64,000 nucleotides of DNA from the human T2T-CHM13v2.0 reference genome, Homo sapiens. The notes under the pieces are model-generated. The model searched no databases. It was not told where the DNA came from and was given only the letters and a program-made list of their open reading frames with translations. The stretch lies in NCBI RefSeq assembly GCF_009914755.1, contig NC_060945.1, one strand, 5' to 3'. This document shows, one piece after another, positions 1 to 14,423 of the stretch. How positions within the stretch are numbered: the stretch's first letter is position 1; each line of letters starts with the position of its first letter. The translations under genes and the position numbers were made by a program.

Positions 1-99
1 GACCCCACGTTGCTCTCTTTTTTGGTTTTACTTGTTTGTTTTGCTGGATCAGATCTTCTGGGGGCTCATCGAGAAAGATTACAGAGAAAGGATGCAAAC

Positions 100-700
100 A
101 CAGTAATGTTTTAGAATATTTTTGTCTAAAAATGGCTTTAATTCATACTTATACTTAATGGTTTGATCGGATATCAAATTTAGTTTGAAATATTTTTTCT
201 CTGAGTTGTGAAGATATTATGCTCTTCACTTCTTGATTTCAGCGTTGCTGTTGAAAGTTCTATGTCATAATTTTTCATCCTTTTTATATGACCTTATTCC
301 AGGGTTCTGATATTTTACAATATGCCTTAGTGAGATTACTCTTTTCTATATTGTACTTTGCTTTTTGATGGACTCTTTAAGTCTGAAGTTTCATGTTTTT
401 TTAGTTCCAAAGCTTTTATTTATATTGTTTTCTAGTGTATTTTTTTTCTGTCTTCTCCCTATCTTGAACTGGACATTTGACTCCCTGGACTGGTCATCTA
501 ATTTTGTTAACTTTTCTTTACAATTTTGCATCTTTTTTTATTTATGTTTTATCTTAAGGAAAATTTATCTGATTTTATTATTCATTCCTTTCATTGACTT
601 TTTTTATTCTTGCCATCATATTTTTTGAATTTCCAGGAATCTTTTCTTAAGTATTGCTTTTTTGTTCACTATTCCATATATTAAAATTATGCTGCTTCAA
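100..700 (-). mobile_element. Ancient L1M/HAL1-like LINE fragment
   Basis: T-rich degraded sequence (e.g. ttcttgatttcagcgttgctgttgaaagttct) resembling the antisense of old L1/HAL1 ORF1 regions; boundaries approximate. Confidence 0.5.
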
Positions 701-949
701 TTTTCCTTATCCATAAATTTCTATTTTATATTATCATTTGTCTTTTACTGCTGCTTTTTGTGCAAACTTCTTAATATATGTAGGATAGTAAAAAGAACAT
801 ACTTTTGTCATTGTTGATTTTTTCTGTTGTATAGTTGGTGACTATGCTTCTGCTTCTTTCTTTTATCTTTCTTTCAGCTTACATTCCTTTTTTTCCAAAA
901 TTTAACAGTTACCCACTCTATTACTTATATCTAAATAAATTGCAAATTG

Positions 950-1600
950 AACAAATACTTAAATATTTAAACAAAAATAAAAATTCTGAAAATTCATGAG
1001 GCAATTCGTTTATAACCTCAGAGTGAACAAGGCTTTTTAAACTGTTTTAAAATCCAAGGCAGCAAATAAATTAACTTTAACTACATTAATATAAAAATCT
1101 TCAATGCAAAAAATCATTAATTATGATTGACTCAGCATTTCTGCTTCTGGAAATCTATCCTATAGATATCTATACTCTACATATAACATTATGAAATTGT
1201 TTATAACGTGAAATACTGGAAGTGTGCATTAGTAATGAAATTTTTATTACTGTTGAATAATATGTAGCTAAAGAAAAACATGGCAATGCTTCCTGATAAC
1301 ATCAAATCCAAGGTATATTGTTAAGTGAATAAACCAAAATGCAGAATAGTGAATATAACAAGCCATTTTTTGTGCAAAAGGGAAAAATTAAAAATAAATA
1401 TATTGTATTTTCTTGTAATTTCATAAAGAAACATTGAAAAAAATAAGAAAATAAGAAAAGTAGTTTCTAAAGGTGGAAAAAAAGGGAAGAGCTTAGAAGT
1501 AGACCGGATAGGTGAGAGACTTCTCAATGCATGTTTTTGTATATTATTTTGATTTTTGTACCACATGAGTTTATATTCTATTCATTTATTAATATCAAAT
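950..1600 (+). mobile_element. L1ME (L1ME4-like) 3' end fragment
   Basis: ttgactcagcatttctgcttctggaaatctatcctatagatat, and terminal ttttgatttttgtaccacatgag resembling L1ME 3' ends. Confidence 0.6.
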
Positions 1601-1629
1601 ATATACAAAATAAAAATAGTCAATAAAAT

Positions 1630-2010
1630 TCGAAAAAATATGTGTGAAACCTTTATGGAGAAAGTTATACAACTTTTAAAAGAAATAAATGAGATATATT
1701 ATATTCATGAACTGTAAAAGTCGGTTCTCCTCAAAATGATTTATGGAGTCAATTCATGCTTATTCCAAATTTTAAGATTTTTAGTGGAACTTGTCCAGCT
1801 GATTTAAAAATTTTAATGTAAGTTCCAAGATCTACCAATAGGTAAGATAATCCTGAAGAATAACAAATTGGAAAGACGTGTGTTCTGCCAAATATGTAGA
1901 CTTATTTTAAAGCTATAGTAATAAATACAGTACAGTCAGAACAAGGATAGGCACATAGATCAACAGAACAAATAATGAACTCAGAAACACTCTATGCATA
2001 GATCTAGACG
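1630..2010 (+). mobile_element. L1M ORF2 fragment
   Basis: tattttaaagctatagtaataaatacag...ggataggcacatagatcaacagaacaaata, a typical L1 ORF2 distal segment. Confidence 0.6.
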
Positions 2011-2025
2011 TAGCAATGTTGCTTG

Positions 2026-2172
2026 TGTGGTAGGGATGTTAATATGCACCGCGTATCCATGTGCTGCCACACAACAGATCCCTTCACTTAGGCTGGAACT
2101 ACGTGACTAATTCTGACCAATGGGCCATGAAGAAAAGTGATGTATGTCACCTCCAGGCCCAGCCAGTTAAAA
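2026..2172 (+). mobile_element. MLT1 (I/J-like) MaLR LTR 5' fragment
   Basis: tgtggtagg start; gtgactaattctgaccaatgggccatgaagaaaagtgatgtatgtcacctccaggc core. Confidence 0.55.
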
Positions 2173-4619
2173 CCTATTGGAGGGACAAATAGAGAGTCAC
2201 TAAGCTATGGCAATATTCAGTTTCTTGGTCTGAGTAGAAGATATAAAGATTTTGTATTATTAGTTTAGTTTAAAATTTAACTATTATTTTCTATATGTTT
2301 TTTTCCCATTTGTTGTGAATTATACAAATTAGAATAAGTGAAGAATGGTTTCCCACAAATATTCTAGGCACACAAAGAATTTTTTGTCTATTACTGCTGT
2401 TTGCATGGCATATTGTCAAATTTCACTACTTGGTACGTAAAAGATTTTTTACAATAATGGTTTTATTATGGATTCAACCTTTTAACAATATAAAAATGAC
2501 TCACCTTACTCCCTTTAATGATTTCTTACTTAAAATGTTATTTCTGTTATTAATTTTAGCATTGCATTCCTTTGTTAGTGGTTTCCTTGTAGAGATTTTG
2601 CTTCTTACTTTATTTCTGAATTATGTGTGTATAATTTTTAATGCATATGATTTTAAGAAACATTTAATTAGATTTAAAAAATCTCATTCTCAAGTTTTAC
2701 TCCTTTAAGTGGCAACATGTTCTGCAACCCAAATGTGCTATTACAACTATATGGTAGATTTTACTTCTGCCATTTTGCTTTATACTTCCTGGGTTTTAAT
2801 GTTTGTGATTTTTCTGCTTTTACTATGTAAATGCTTTTGCTCATTGTTATCTTTAGCTGTTTAGAAGGTAGACACCATGCTTTGAATTGAAGAAGTTGTT
2901 TATTATCATTTTTCAAAGCTGTGTGTGTCTATATGTATGCATATATGTATGTGTGTGTAAAGATGAAATTATGAAATGGCTATTTCTGTAGAGGCTGAGA
3001 GTTATGCAAAGATTAGGACTCAGCAAAGAGACAAGTGGTCTGGCAAACAAACATGGGCTTGCAACATGCTGCAGGGGACTTCACCTCTGAGGGTCTGGAA
3101 AAAAGAAAACGGGCTATTAGAAAGTATGATTTGCTTCAAAATGCAGCTGCTGGCTGCTTAACTCATTCCACAGGCACAGCTGTGGCATGCACTTGTAGAT
3201 TAGAAAGGCTCTACAATTTTTTAGATATTATTAGAAAGAATAATATTTGGCATTTCTGAGTTGCAATTGCAAGTTACATGATTTTAATTGTGCTATGGTG
3301 TTACAGCAATATACTAGCTTTATATTGTCGGGCCCTGGCCTGGGGTGGGGCAGTGGTATGTTCATTGCCTGCCACAAATACAAATTCTGGATTTGTGTTA
3401 AGGTCCAAGGTGGACACTGGAAGGGCTGGCCTTGGAGTTATATGGCTTGCCCACGAGCTCTAGCGATACATCATATGGACTTGAGGTTGAACAAATGTAT
3501 GCACAAGAGGAAAAAATCTTCCTTAGAAATCAAGTTTCTTAGACCTAAGCAATTTCTTATAAAGAGATGGTAAAATCAGACACAAGGCCCAGAACTGAAA
3601 ACATATGCTGAAGGGAAAGTGTGGAACTGGTAACACAGGTGGTCACCATAGCAAATTTCTCATCTTGGACCAAAAGAAGCAATGAATCAAATATGACTTA
3701 GAGAAGTATTGCATGCACAAGGAGCTTTTCTCCCTCCAGACATGGCCAATATACAAAAAAATCAAACCAAATTTGTAAATGTTCTATGAATTAATCTCAA
3801 GCTGGAAAAATTATTTTCTTCTTGAATGTAAATTCTCAGCTTCTGGATTCTTGACCACTGGCATTGACCAACTGGCATCTCGTTGAGCCTGAAGCCAATA
3901 TCTTTTTCTCTTTTCCACTGACATTCTGTGCATTTGTTATTGTTGGCAACGTTAAGTACTCGATAATAGGAAGATAATTTTGGCTAGGATAGTAACTGAG
4001 GAACTAGGGATAGCTTCTTTTCTAAATGTTGCTTGTGTGGGGTTAATGCTGGGATAATCTTGTGTCTCTTATTAAATCTTTAAATCCTTAATAAATGAGT
4101 CTCATGGGATATGTCTGGCATTGAACTAACCCAGACTGTGAAGCTCTTAAAAAGTTTGCACACATTCCACTGAGAAAGGTATTTCACCACCTCACAGGAT
4201 ACAAAAAACAACAACAACAACAACAAAACTGCTGTGCCTGAAACTGAGAAAGATAAGAAATTTGAGAAGCTAATTATTGATTTTTAAATTGAAATTTTGA
4301 ACACTGAAATTTAACTTGTGTGACTAAGATTTTTCGATTTTGGATTTTAGCTTCTTTAGATCTTAACATCTTTGTGCTTTAATTTGCAAGGGAATTTAAA
4401 CTTTGAATTTTCTATTTTGGAGCTTGATGATGGGAGAACTTTTGTCCAGCATCTCTATAGCGCTTTTTAATTATTTTTGTTATTTTATTCTTTATTATTT
4501 TTGTTATTATAGTAACTTTATGCATGCTAGTATTGAATACTGCAATGTCATTCAATCTCATTTCAGACAGTTGCTTCTGGGTACAAAAATTCCATAGACA
4601 TAAGTTCATTGACTGGGTC

Positions 4620-7600
4620 CTTTTTGCTGTAAAAAGAATGTTGACCAGAAGCATTGTGAGGTGAGCTCAGCTATGTGATAATGAATGAGGCATTCACTAA
4701 GTTCACAGATGGTCTTGATGAAAGTAGCACAGAGGGTGGGGAGGAAAATCCACATCCAGAATGAGTCTGTTAATATGGGAACAAACTGAAGCCTCCTCCA
4801 TGATGGAAGAGATCCAATGTCATCAAGCTTCCACTAGTTAACTGGTTGCTGCCTTTTCCTTATGGTGCCAGTTTTAAAAATTAACTTTGGTCTCTCTTAC
4901 TGGTCACTTGGACAATGAGAACTGGTGGTAGTCATATCTGCTTTTTAAAGAGGAAATACGTATCGTTGTGTCCATGTGTAACCTCTGGCTCGGCATCATT
5001 GACACTTTGTTCATAACTTATTAAACAAGCACTGGCCAGCTTGGGAAAGGGATTAATTTATATCCACTGAACAGGTCATCTTGTGCAACACTGCACTGAG
5101 TTCTTTTGTAGTCAGTGTGCTGTGGGGAGCATTTACATGAGACACCATTACTCTCCCTTGGGCAGATTCTTAAAAGTCCATACCCCCTTACATCTCAGAC
5201 ATTTTTGCAACAAATATAATCTTGATTTTCTTCCAAGTTTCTAACTATTCGGTCAAACCATTACTTACTGTCCCTGAATCAGTATAGATGTATAATTTCG
5301 ACCATCTTTTCTTCAATGTATACAACTATAGGAACCCTTGGGAATCCTATTCTGTCTGCCCTCTCTCCTCAATGATAGCTATGATTCCACAGAAGTCCCT
5401 ATCTTTCTCAGTGTTGGACTATTTATGAACTAGATTCCATTTTTTTTCTTCCTGAAATGTTAACTGGTCATGGAGAACAGTTAACTGGTCACGGAGAATG
5501 CACCATGCAGCTGTAAGTTAGGAATTAGGGAGAGATGTTCTAGTAGTGGATGTGGGAGTTGTAGAAGTATGAACAATCTGCTCATAAAAATTACTTGTGC
5601 GTTTGGAGCTGGTTTTGTCCTGATCTTGTTTATAACTTTGCTCCTTCATGATGGAATGCTGCTATATCACACTCAATTTTGTGACTTAGAGGACCAGATA
5701 AGAGCCAGGTCATGATGGGGAGAACAGGTCACATGGTCATGTAAATCCTACGGTGAGGCATTCAGGCTCTTCAAGGACTCAGTAGTAAGCCAGGAGCTGT
5801 GTGTGAGTATTTGCAGAAAAGAGCATGGATTCTTCAAAATCCCTAGGGTTTTACACTGTGACTCTCATCCCGGCTTGCCCCAAGCTCCACACAGAATCTT
5901 AAGCTGCCATAGACACCTTGAACACTGTTTTATCTGCTAGGTTATGAAGCCCAAATGGCAGAACAGTTTGCACTTTAGCCTGAACCAGCTAGAAGTCTTT
6001 TCTTGGTATGGCCCACAGTGAAAGCTGCCATTCTTACAGGATGCTTGGTAAATGGGTCAAAAGGGCTTACCCAAAATTATTTGCCTGCAAAATACAAAAA
6101 AGAACATTATTCCTCTTTCTTAGTGGAAAGGAGTACAAGATAGAATAAATTTGATTTCCCATTGTATTGGGATATTTTTCTATTCCCCAGACCCTCGGAC
6201 TTTTTAACACTTTCCTAAAGTAGCACACATCTAATTTTTTTTATGTGTGAGATTATTCTCCATGTATATTTGTCTTACCAGAGCCATGAAACTCGTTACT
6301 TCTTGATCATCAGGCACTTTTGGCCCATTTTCATCCAATAGAGTGAAACAGCTTATTGGCCTATGTCCTGTGGATATGAGACAATAAGATTCTTGTGAAA
6401 TAAATAGTAAGAGTCAAAAACTGATGTAACCTTGTCCAGAATAGGGAAGATGCATTGCCATTGTGGACAAATGAAAAGAAATCACTCTGATGACTTAGAT
6501 GTTATATCTGACAGATACAGAGAAACAATAATTGCATAGGAAGAGTTATATACTGTTGATTTATTACAGTAAAAGGACAAAATCTGGATATTGCAGCTGA
6601 AGTCACTATTTAATTTCATTTAAAGTAAATCTGCTTTCATCTTTCAAGTCACAACTCTCAACTGTGTATGCCTTCCAAGCAAGTTAAGTGAGAGTGTAGA
6701 GGAATTAGTATAGCTTCATCTCTCAAGACTTTTAAGAATGTAGTATTGCTTCTACGTTATTTATCTTGTGGAGTGGAATAGAATTCTGTGAGCCCTCCCA
6801 CCATAATGACTGCCACTCCATGTTTCAGGGAGCCACTGGAGACTAGGAATTTTATTTTCCTCTGTGCATTCAGGAGCTAAGTACTTCTTCCTATGGAATG
6901 AAATGAGCAAATTCAGTGAACTCCTGGCCCCACTGTAAGATGGACTTGGTCAGAATGCTCATAAACTGCAACTCTACTGGACTATGGCAGGGTGAGGATT
7001 TATGGAGATTGGCCTTAGTTCAGAACCACATACTAGGAATCACCAAAGTTATGGGTATTTATCTTTACTGCTGTATATTCACCCTGATACATAGTTCTAG
7101 GTATCTTTGGGAAAGACCAGAAGAAAGATCAATAGTGCATACTTGTGGCTGTGTCACAGGGTCCTTGAGGGTATCAAGCTTCTCTTTATTCATGAAGTAT
7201 GGAGACTGTAATCCATAACTAGTCTCCGGATGAGTTCTGAAGTATAAATCTGGAAATTAGGTATGGGGTTAGGCCTCTCTGTCATTATGATTCAAATATT
7301 ACCTTCATTAAGTAGATTTAGAGGTTTTATAGTCGCAGTTACTGAGCTAAATTGAGACCTAAGGCTACTTATTATCTAATTCAGTTTTAAGAATTTATAA
7401 TTCGTGTAATCATTGCCACAAATTCTGAAGGTTAAAATGTGGTGATCACTTTGGTCTCGGTGTCAAACACAGAAACTACATCTACCTTCTCTGATGGTTA
7501 TGTGTTGTCACATGGCATCTCTCACTTCTAGCCCCGTCTTCATTGGAAACATGGAGTCTAATTCAATGACAATATCCCCTAAAGCAGATGCTGCTAGTGC

Positions 7601-7740
7601 TCCAGGCACATGCTTGCTGATTCCTAACCTTGAAGGACAAAGGTGTACAATGTTAAGATAAAGTGAGATGGTTACCCGGTGATGGCTTTCAAAGAGTTGA
7701 AAATCCCATAGTCCATTTTTATTTGTTACTTGGTACATGA
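4620..7740 (-). mobile_element. ERVL-class endogenous retrovirus internal region (decayed gag-pro-RT-RNaseH-start of IN)
   Basis: Minus-strand translation gives YIYTDSGTVSNGLTE*LETWKK (5292-5227; cf. HERVL LYTDSWAVANGLAGWSGTWKK), QLLAYY*VLEEPECLTVG (5799-5746; cf. QLLACYWALVETEHLTMG) and VSHVNAP...KMTCSVD (5145-5062), plus GYI near 6425 and VIMVG near 6800, in retroviral order; many stops; ends approximate. Confidence 0.8.
5459..5500. repeat. 21-bp tandem duplication inside the ERVL fossil
   Basis: gttaactggtcatggagaaca / gttaactggtcacggagaatg. Confidence 0.85.
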
Positions 7741-8714
7741 ATTAAACAGCATGGTTAAAAGCATAGACAGTATGAGATAAATCTACTCCTGTCACCTGAA
7801 TTTGTGCATAATGTAAGGAAAAAAGGCAGACTCACAGGCAAATTCTATTTCAAAATCAACAGAGCCAACCCGTGGGTTGAATGAATGGATAAGCAAGCTC
7901 CTAGATTGCATATTTGTCTAAGATTATGAAAGACAGTAAATTATATGCCCAGAGCTTTAGAATCATTAACAACTAAAGAAGATTCACAATACTTATCAGT
8001 GGGATAATCTGATTTTATCAGTTGGAAAGTTTGGCTTAGAGTACAATGACATAAGGCTTCAAAATATCTCAAGGAATTCTGTTGAGCTGTGGCTCATAGA
8101 AGAGTATTTCCCAAGAGTGGTGGTGTGCTTTTGTAAAATAGTGTTACAAGTTTCTACAGCACCACTCGGTCTAACCCCACCCTTTTGACATGGAGAGACT
8201 ATCTAGTATTGTATTATTGTACTTGCCTGGGATTGATTTTCAGAATTAATTTATTTGTTGGGGTGCAGGATGAGGTAGAAACGAAGTGCTTATCCCAGGA
8301 GTCAAAGTCAAAGAGAATGAATACGCAGGGCTCCTCTGGTCCAGCCCTCTGATGATAGACACAAGGATGAGAAGGCATTTCACAATCACCGGGTTGAATT
8401 CTGTGCCATCTTGGGTGTCTTTTCCTCATCGTTGTCTCATGATATAGATGAGAAAAGTCAGAAAACACACAATCAAACACTGGTGTATGTGTTTTATTAA
8501 TGTTACATTGAGAACTGTAACACTATGATTATACTTTAGGATCAGCAAAATTGACAAAAGAAATGCACTGGTTATACTAATAGTTATGACATACCATAGG
8601 TTATTTGAGACCAATGGGCATACAATTTTGATAAGCAGAATATCAAGATTATTTCTAGAATGGAGATGGGAGATTCTTTAAAGACAATTAGTTTCTAATT
8701 AATAAATTATATGC

Positions 8715-9550
8715 TGTATTATTTTCTGTGCTGTATAAAAATTGACCACAAATTTAGCTGCTTTAAACAACACCCACTTATCTCATCATTTCTGTGGACA
8801 GGGAGTCCAGGCATGGTTTAGCCACGTCCTTCTCGTTGCTGCAATCAAGGTGTTGGCCAGGGGTTAGGTTCTGGTCCAAAGGCCCAGCTAGGGAAGGACC
8901 CACCCAAAACTCACTTGGTGATTGGCAGACTTAATTTCCTTGTGGCTGTAGGACTCAGCAGCTTGCTTCTTCAAAGTGACATAGGAAAGTGTAGTGGTTG
9001 ATTTTACGTGTCAATTTGGAGGGTGTTTTGGGATGAGATTGACATTTAAATTGGTGGACTTTGAGTAAAGTACATTGCCTTCCTTAATGTGGGTGTGCCT
9101 CATCCCATCAGATGAGAACAAAAACCCCACCTTCCCAAGTAAGAAAGGATTCTCCAGCAGATGGCTTTCAGACCTCAACCACACCACCAGCTCTCCTGTG
9201 TCTCCAGTCTCCTAGTCCACACTGTAGATTTTGACTCACCAACCTCCATAACCACATGAGCCAATTTCTTACAATAAATTTATTTCTGTATGTATACAAA
9301 TCCTACTGGTTCTGTTTCTCTGGAAGACCCTGACTAAACAGAGGGACTCTAGAGCCAGACAGCGACCAAGACGGAGTCATCTTACATACAGAAGTGTATA
9401 AGAGAGTGACGTCAGATCTCCTTGGCCATATTCTATTAACTAGATGCAGGTCCCAGACCTCACCCACATTCTTTGGTTAAAGATTATACAAGGGTGTGAA
9501 CATCAGGGCACCAGGAATCTTGAGACTCACCTTCAAGTCTGTCTGCTACA
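8715..9550 (-). mobile_element. MLT1 (D/E/F-like) LTR split by an MLT2 LTR
   Basis: tgtatt...ccacaaatttagctgctttaaacaacac start; resumes at 9341 and ends gtctgtctgctaca. Confidence 0.75.
8990..9340 (+). mobile_element. MLT2 (ERVL) solo LTR
   Basis: tgtagtggttgattttacgtgtcaatttgg ... aataaa ... ggttctgtttctctggaagaccctgactaaaca. Confidence 0.85.
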
Positions 9551-10426
9551 TCCTCTAGCCCGTTAAGTGAGAAACTGTAGAGTGATGGACAAGGCCTTGG
9601 CCTTCAACACAACCATGAAGTTATATTCTGGGCCTTCAGCTTATATCTATATAACCATAGGCATTTTTCAGTATGGCAAGGGGATCTCCAAAGGAGAGGA
9701 GCCAAATCTGGAGCCCCTATGGGGGTGATCTGGTGATTATCTGTGTGAATGCAGGAATTTATAGATGAAGATAAGGGTGATATAGCAGGAAGATGGAGTG
9801 AATCATTCCCCTGGGAAGCTGTAGAGATCGGAGCGACAAGGCAGGAAGAGGGACTCACCCTTTCTACCGAAAATGAAAGTGCCATTGGTACCCTGAGGCC
9901 TCAGAATACAGAGATGGATGCTAAGAAGCCAAAGGAGTTTGAGTTGCAGGAAAGGGAAGAGGGTAAATTATAACACGTTCTCAGCTTTTAAGGATCATGG
10001 AAATTTGTTCCCTTGCTTCTTACCCAGCCTAGGGTAAAAAAGGAATCTATACTTGCACTGTAGTTCCAGAGCAGACTCAGGCCAGAACGTGAAGTTGCCC
10101 ATCTCAGGACACCTCAGCTGGGAGGTGGAGGTTGTAATCACCCAAGGTGTTCTTCTTGTCCTCTGCACAGACAAGGCTGGCCAAGGCAGGAGAACTGGAG
10201 TTATCACTCAAATCAGTCTCCCTGAAGAAGGCTGGAAATTTAATGTTTTTATGGACAATTTGGTGGGCAGGGGGCTAGGAAATGGATGCTGCTGACTGGT
10301 TGGGGATGTGGAAAATGATCCTTGTGCACAAAGTGGGCCTCTGGGTGGGGCCATATGACAGGTGAGTCATGAGTTATGGGTCAGAGTGAAGTCAGCCTGA
10401 AAAACATCCCAAAGGAAAGAACAACT

Positions 10427-10726
<300 letters not shown>

Positions 10727-10947
10727 TCTTAGGTTTGACAATAGTGATATTTTCTATAGAAGTAATTGGGGAAGTCACAGATCTTGTGACCTCTGGCTAC
10801 GTGACTCCTGAGTAGTAAGAGATTATAGAAACCAGACCTTCATTTTAACAGATTTCAGCCCCCTCCCATAATCCTAACCTTGTTGCCTTTCATTAGTTTT
10901 ATAACGGCAGTGTAGCCTGTTTTACCTGGATCATCCTTGCTTTAAGG

Positions 10948-11398
10948 TGTGAAAGGGGAGTAAATCTTTGGACCCTCGAATCACTAAGCTAAAGGGAAAG
11001 GTCAAGCTGGGAACTGCCAAGGGCAAACCGGCTCCCCATTCTATCCAGAGTCATCCCTCTGCTCACTGAGATAAATGCATATCTGATTGCCATCTTTGGA
11101 AAGGCTAATCAGAAAGTCAAAAGAAAGCAACCATTTGTCTCTCATCTACCTATGACCTGGAAGCCCCCTCCTCGCTTCCAGTTGTCCTGACTTTCTGGAC
11201 TGAATCAATGTTCATCTTACATATATTGATTGATGCCTCATGCCTCCCTAAAATGTATAAAACCAAGCTATGCCCAGACCACCTTGGGCACATGTCGTCA
11301 GGACATCCTGAGGCTATGTCACGGGCATGTGTCCTTAACTTCGGCAAAATAAACTTCCTAAATTGACTGAGAACTGTCTCTGATATTTGGGGTTCACA
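10948..11398 (+). mobile_element. MER4A-type ERV1 solo LTR
   Basis: tgtgaaagg...atcactaagctaaagggaaaggtcaagctgggaactg ... aataaa ... ggggttcaca; TSD aagg at 10944-10947 and 11399-11402. Confidence 0.9.
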
Positions 11399-12408
11399 AA
11401 GGTTAAACTATAAATTCCTCCTACAGTTAGTTTGGCCCATGCCCAGGAATGACCAAAAGCAGCTTGGAGGTCAGAAGCCAGAAGGAGTCAACTATGTCAG
11501 ATTTCTCTTACTGTCATAATTTTGCAAAGGCAGTTTCAAGGTCAAGATAGCAGGAACAGAAAGTGTTGACAACGATGTAAGCAGTACCAAATGTAGCAGC
11601 AATGAGGGCAGTGGTGGCCACATTCCCATGGCCTGGAAGAGAGAGGCTTAGAAGGAGAGCCAGTCATTCACCTGACACTTTCCAGTAGGAGCTCCCTAAC
11701 AAACTTGGTTTTGTTGCCAACAGTGGAACTGTCTGCAAGCTCTGTATTATACTTTTCCAGGCTGATGGACAATTTGAAATCTTAACTCACAGTATTGTTG
11801 TGAGAAAACAAGATATGATGTAAAAATTTCCAGCATATATTTAGAGCTCATTAAATACCATTTTTAGTTCAAATTGATGAAAAGAAACTTCCAGACTGGT
11901 ATCTACTTGATAAACCCAAAATATTTTTGAAGTTGAGATCATTGAACTGACGAAAATCTTTTCACTTAAAATAAGATTCAGACAAATTCAGACAGCCAAA
12001 GCAATCTGCACAGTTTTTTTTTTTTAAACTCTAAGTTCTCTGCTTCCTTCATGATTTGCATGTGACTGGAAATTGATTGAGAGATATGACAAAGCACATA
12101 TAAGTGAAAATTTTGGGGGGTCTTTTTTCTATTGAGTGGGTAAGAGAGAGATGTGTTGGTGGGTTGGTCCATTAGAATTAAATTTGGATCTTGGGAGGCC
12201 AAACAGATTTGCTGTAGACATTGATCTAGAGCTACCCATTAGCAAGTATAATTCAAAGACTGAATTGAATCTTATTAAAAGAGATAAGGCAGAATAGTCA
12301 AGGCATACTAACAAAAATGAGGTATGGGTTGTGACCAATGGCCAAAAAGAGTTGAGAGCTAAATGGAACATAATCCAATGGAAAAACAGTAAAACCATCC
12401 AGGTAAAA

Positions 12409-12462
12409 CAGGCTTCGTGGGTGTACACCCTTTGTGGGGCAAGGCTCTGTGTTGTACAGGGC

Positions 12463-12501
<39 letters not shown>

Positions 12502-12615
12502 CCTCATACTTGGTTTAATTTTCTGCTGTCATCTTGGAATTTTTAATATTTTTAAAATAAGGGACTTCTTGTTTTCATTTTGCACCGGGTCCCACAAATT
12601 TTGTAGCCAGTCCTG
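12409..12615 (+). mobile_element. MER91A-like hAT DNA transposon with internal (CA)n at 12469-12499
   Basis: cttggtttaattttctgctgtcatcttggaatttttaatattttt...ttttcattttgcaccgggtcccacaaattttgtagccagtcctg. Confidence 0.75.
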
Positions 12616-13143
12616 CTTTAGGGGCCCTGCTTTAGGGTATTTTGTAAAGGTGAGGGATTAGAAAAGGAGTCTTCTAGCAGGATGGCTTCAGGGGCTCTAG
12701 GGTAAAGGACAGAGCCCTGTGGGGCACTGGTTACAGGTAAATGGGCCAGTTAACCTTGAGTAACCTGCTACTAAGTCTTCAGGGTCCATGTTTACCAACT
12801 GGAAAATTTTCGGTCTAATAATTATACCTGTACTTTTTTTTTTTTTAACTGCTGGTACCATTAAGTTGAATAGTTCCTTGAAAAGTTTTTACCATCATTC
12901 TTTTTCCAGCCTCCCAGAAATCATTTGTGATTCTGCTTATTATTAGTCTTCTTATCACGTTGCCAGATTAATTAAGTTAAAGGGAAGAGCGGTGGGCATT
13001 TTAAAGGGGAAATCTGTTTAAATACACACAAACACAAACACACACACAGTTTGTGTTAATATCCTAGAAACAGATTCTATTGCTTTTGGTGTGACATACA
13101 GAGTGAAGTCTCATTAATACGTGACGCATCACTCTGTGTGTAG

Positions 13144-13498
<355 letters not shown>

Positions 13499-13671
13499 TA
13501 AAACTTGCTTCTTAGGTACATTTTTTAAACATGGTTTCCAGAGGTGTTGACATTAGCTGCCAAAGAGTGAAAAACAATATCCAGTATCAAGAATAAAAAC
13601 AAATGAAATACACAGGCGTACCTATTTATTCCTTTACTATATAGACAGCTTCAGATGGCACTTCAGTCGTA

Positions 13672-13994
13672 CAGGTTGAGTATCCCTTTTCCAGAATGCA
13701 TAGGACAAGAAGTGTTTTAGATTTTGGATTTTTTCAGATTTTTGAATATTTGTGTATACATAATGAGGTATCTTAGGGACGGGACTCAAGTCTAAACACA
13801 AAATTCATTTATGTTTCATAGACACTCTCAACACATAGCCTGAAGGCAATTTTATACCATATTTTAAATAATTGTATGTGTGAAACAAAGTTCGTGTAAT
13901 TGAACCATCAGAAAGCAAATGTGTCACTATCTTATATCGGTGCCTAACAGGTTTGAATTTTGGAACATTTCAAATTTTTGGATTAAGGATACTG
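13672..13994 (+). mobile_element. Tigger4b-like TcMar DNA transposon
   Basis: ta|caggttgagtatccc...aagtctaaacacaaaattcatttatgtttcata...ggatactg|ta; TA target duplication. Confidence 0.85.
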
Positions 13995-14028
13995 TACACA
14001 GTTTATTTTGAAATTTGTAAATAGTGGT

Positions 14029-14302
<274 letters not shown>

Positions 14303-14340
14303 TTACATTACCGTTTTGTCAAAGGTCTTTTTCTGGTCGC

Positions 14341-14359
14341 TATCTCTCTCTCTTTCTCT

Positions 14360-14408
<49 letters not shown>

Positions 14409-14423
14409 ACACACACACACACA
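14341..14423. repeat. (TC)n-(CA)n compound microsatellite
   Basis: Direct reading. Confidence 0.95.

Noticed and set aside
3261-3272. Perfect 12-bp palindrome ttgcaattgcaa
   Set aside because: Expected by chance in 64 kb of AT-rich DNA.
8990-9340. MLT2 LTR considered as the missing LTR of the 4.6-7.7 kb ERVL fossil
   Set aside because: Opposite orientation, more than 1 kb away, and inserted inside an MLT1.
9749-9973. 74-aa acidic ORF that looks protein-like
   Set aside because: No recognisable domain or supported exon structure; purine-rich composition explains it.
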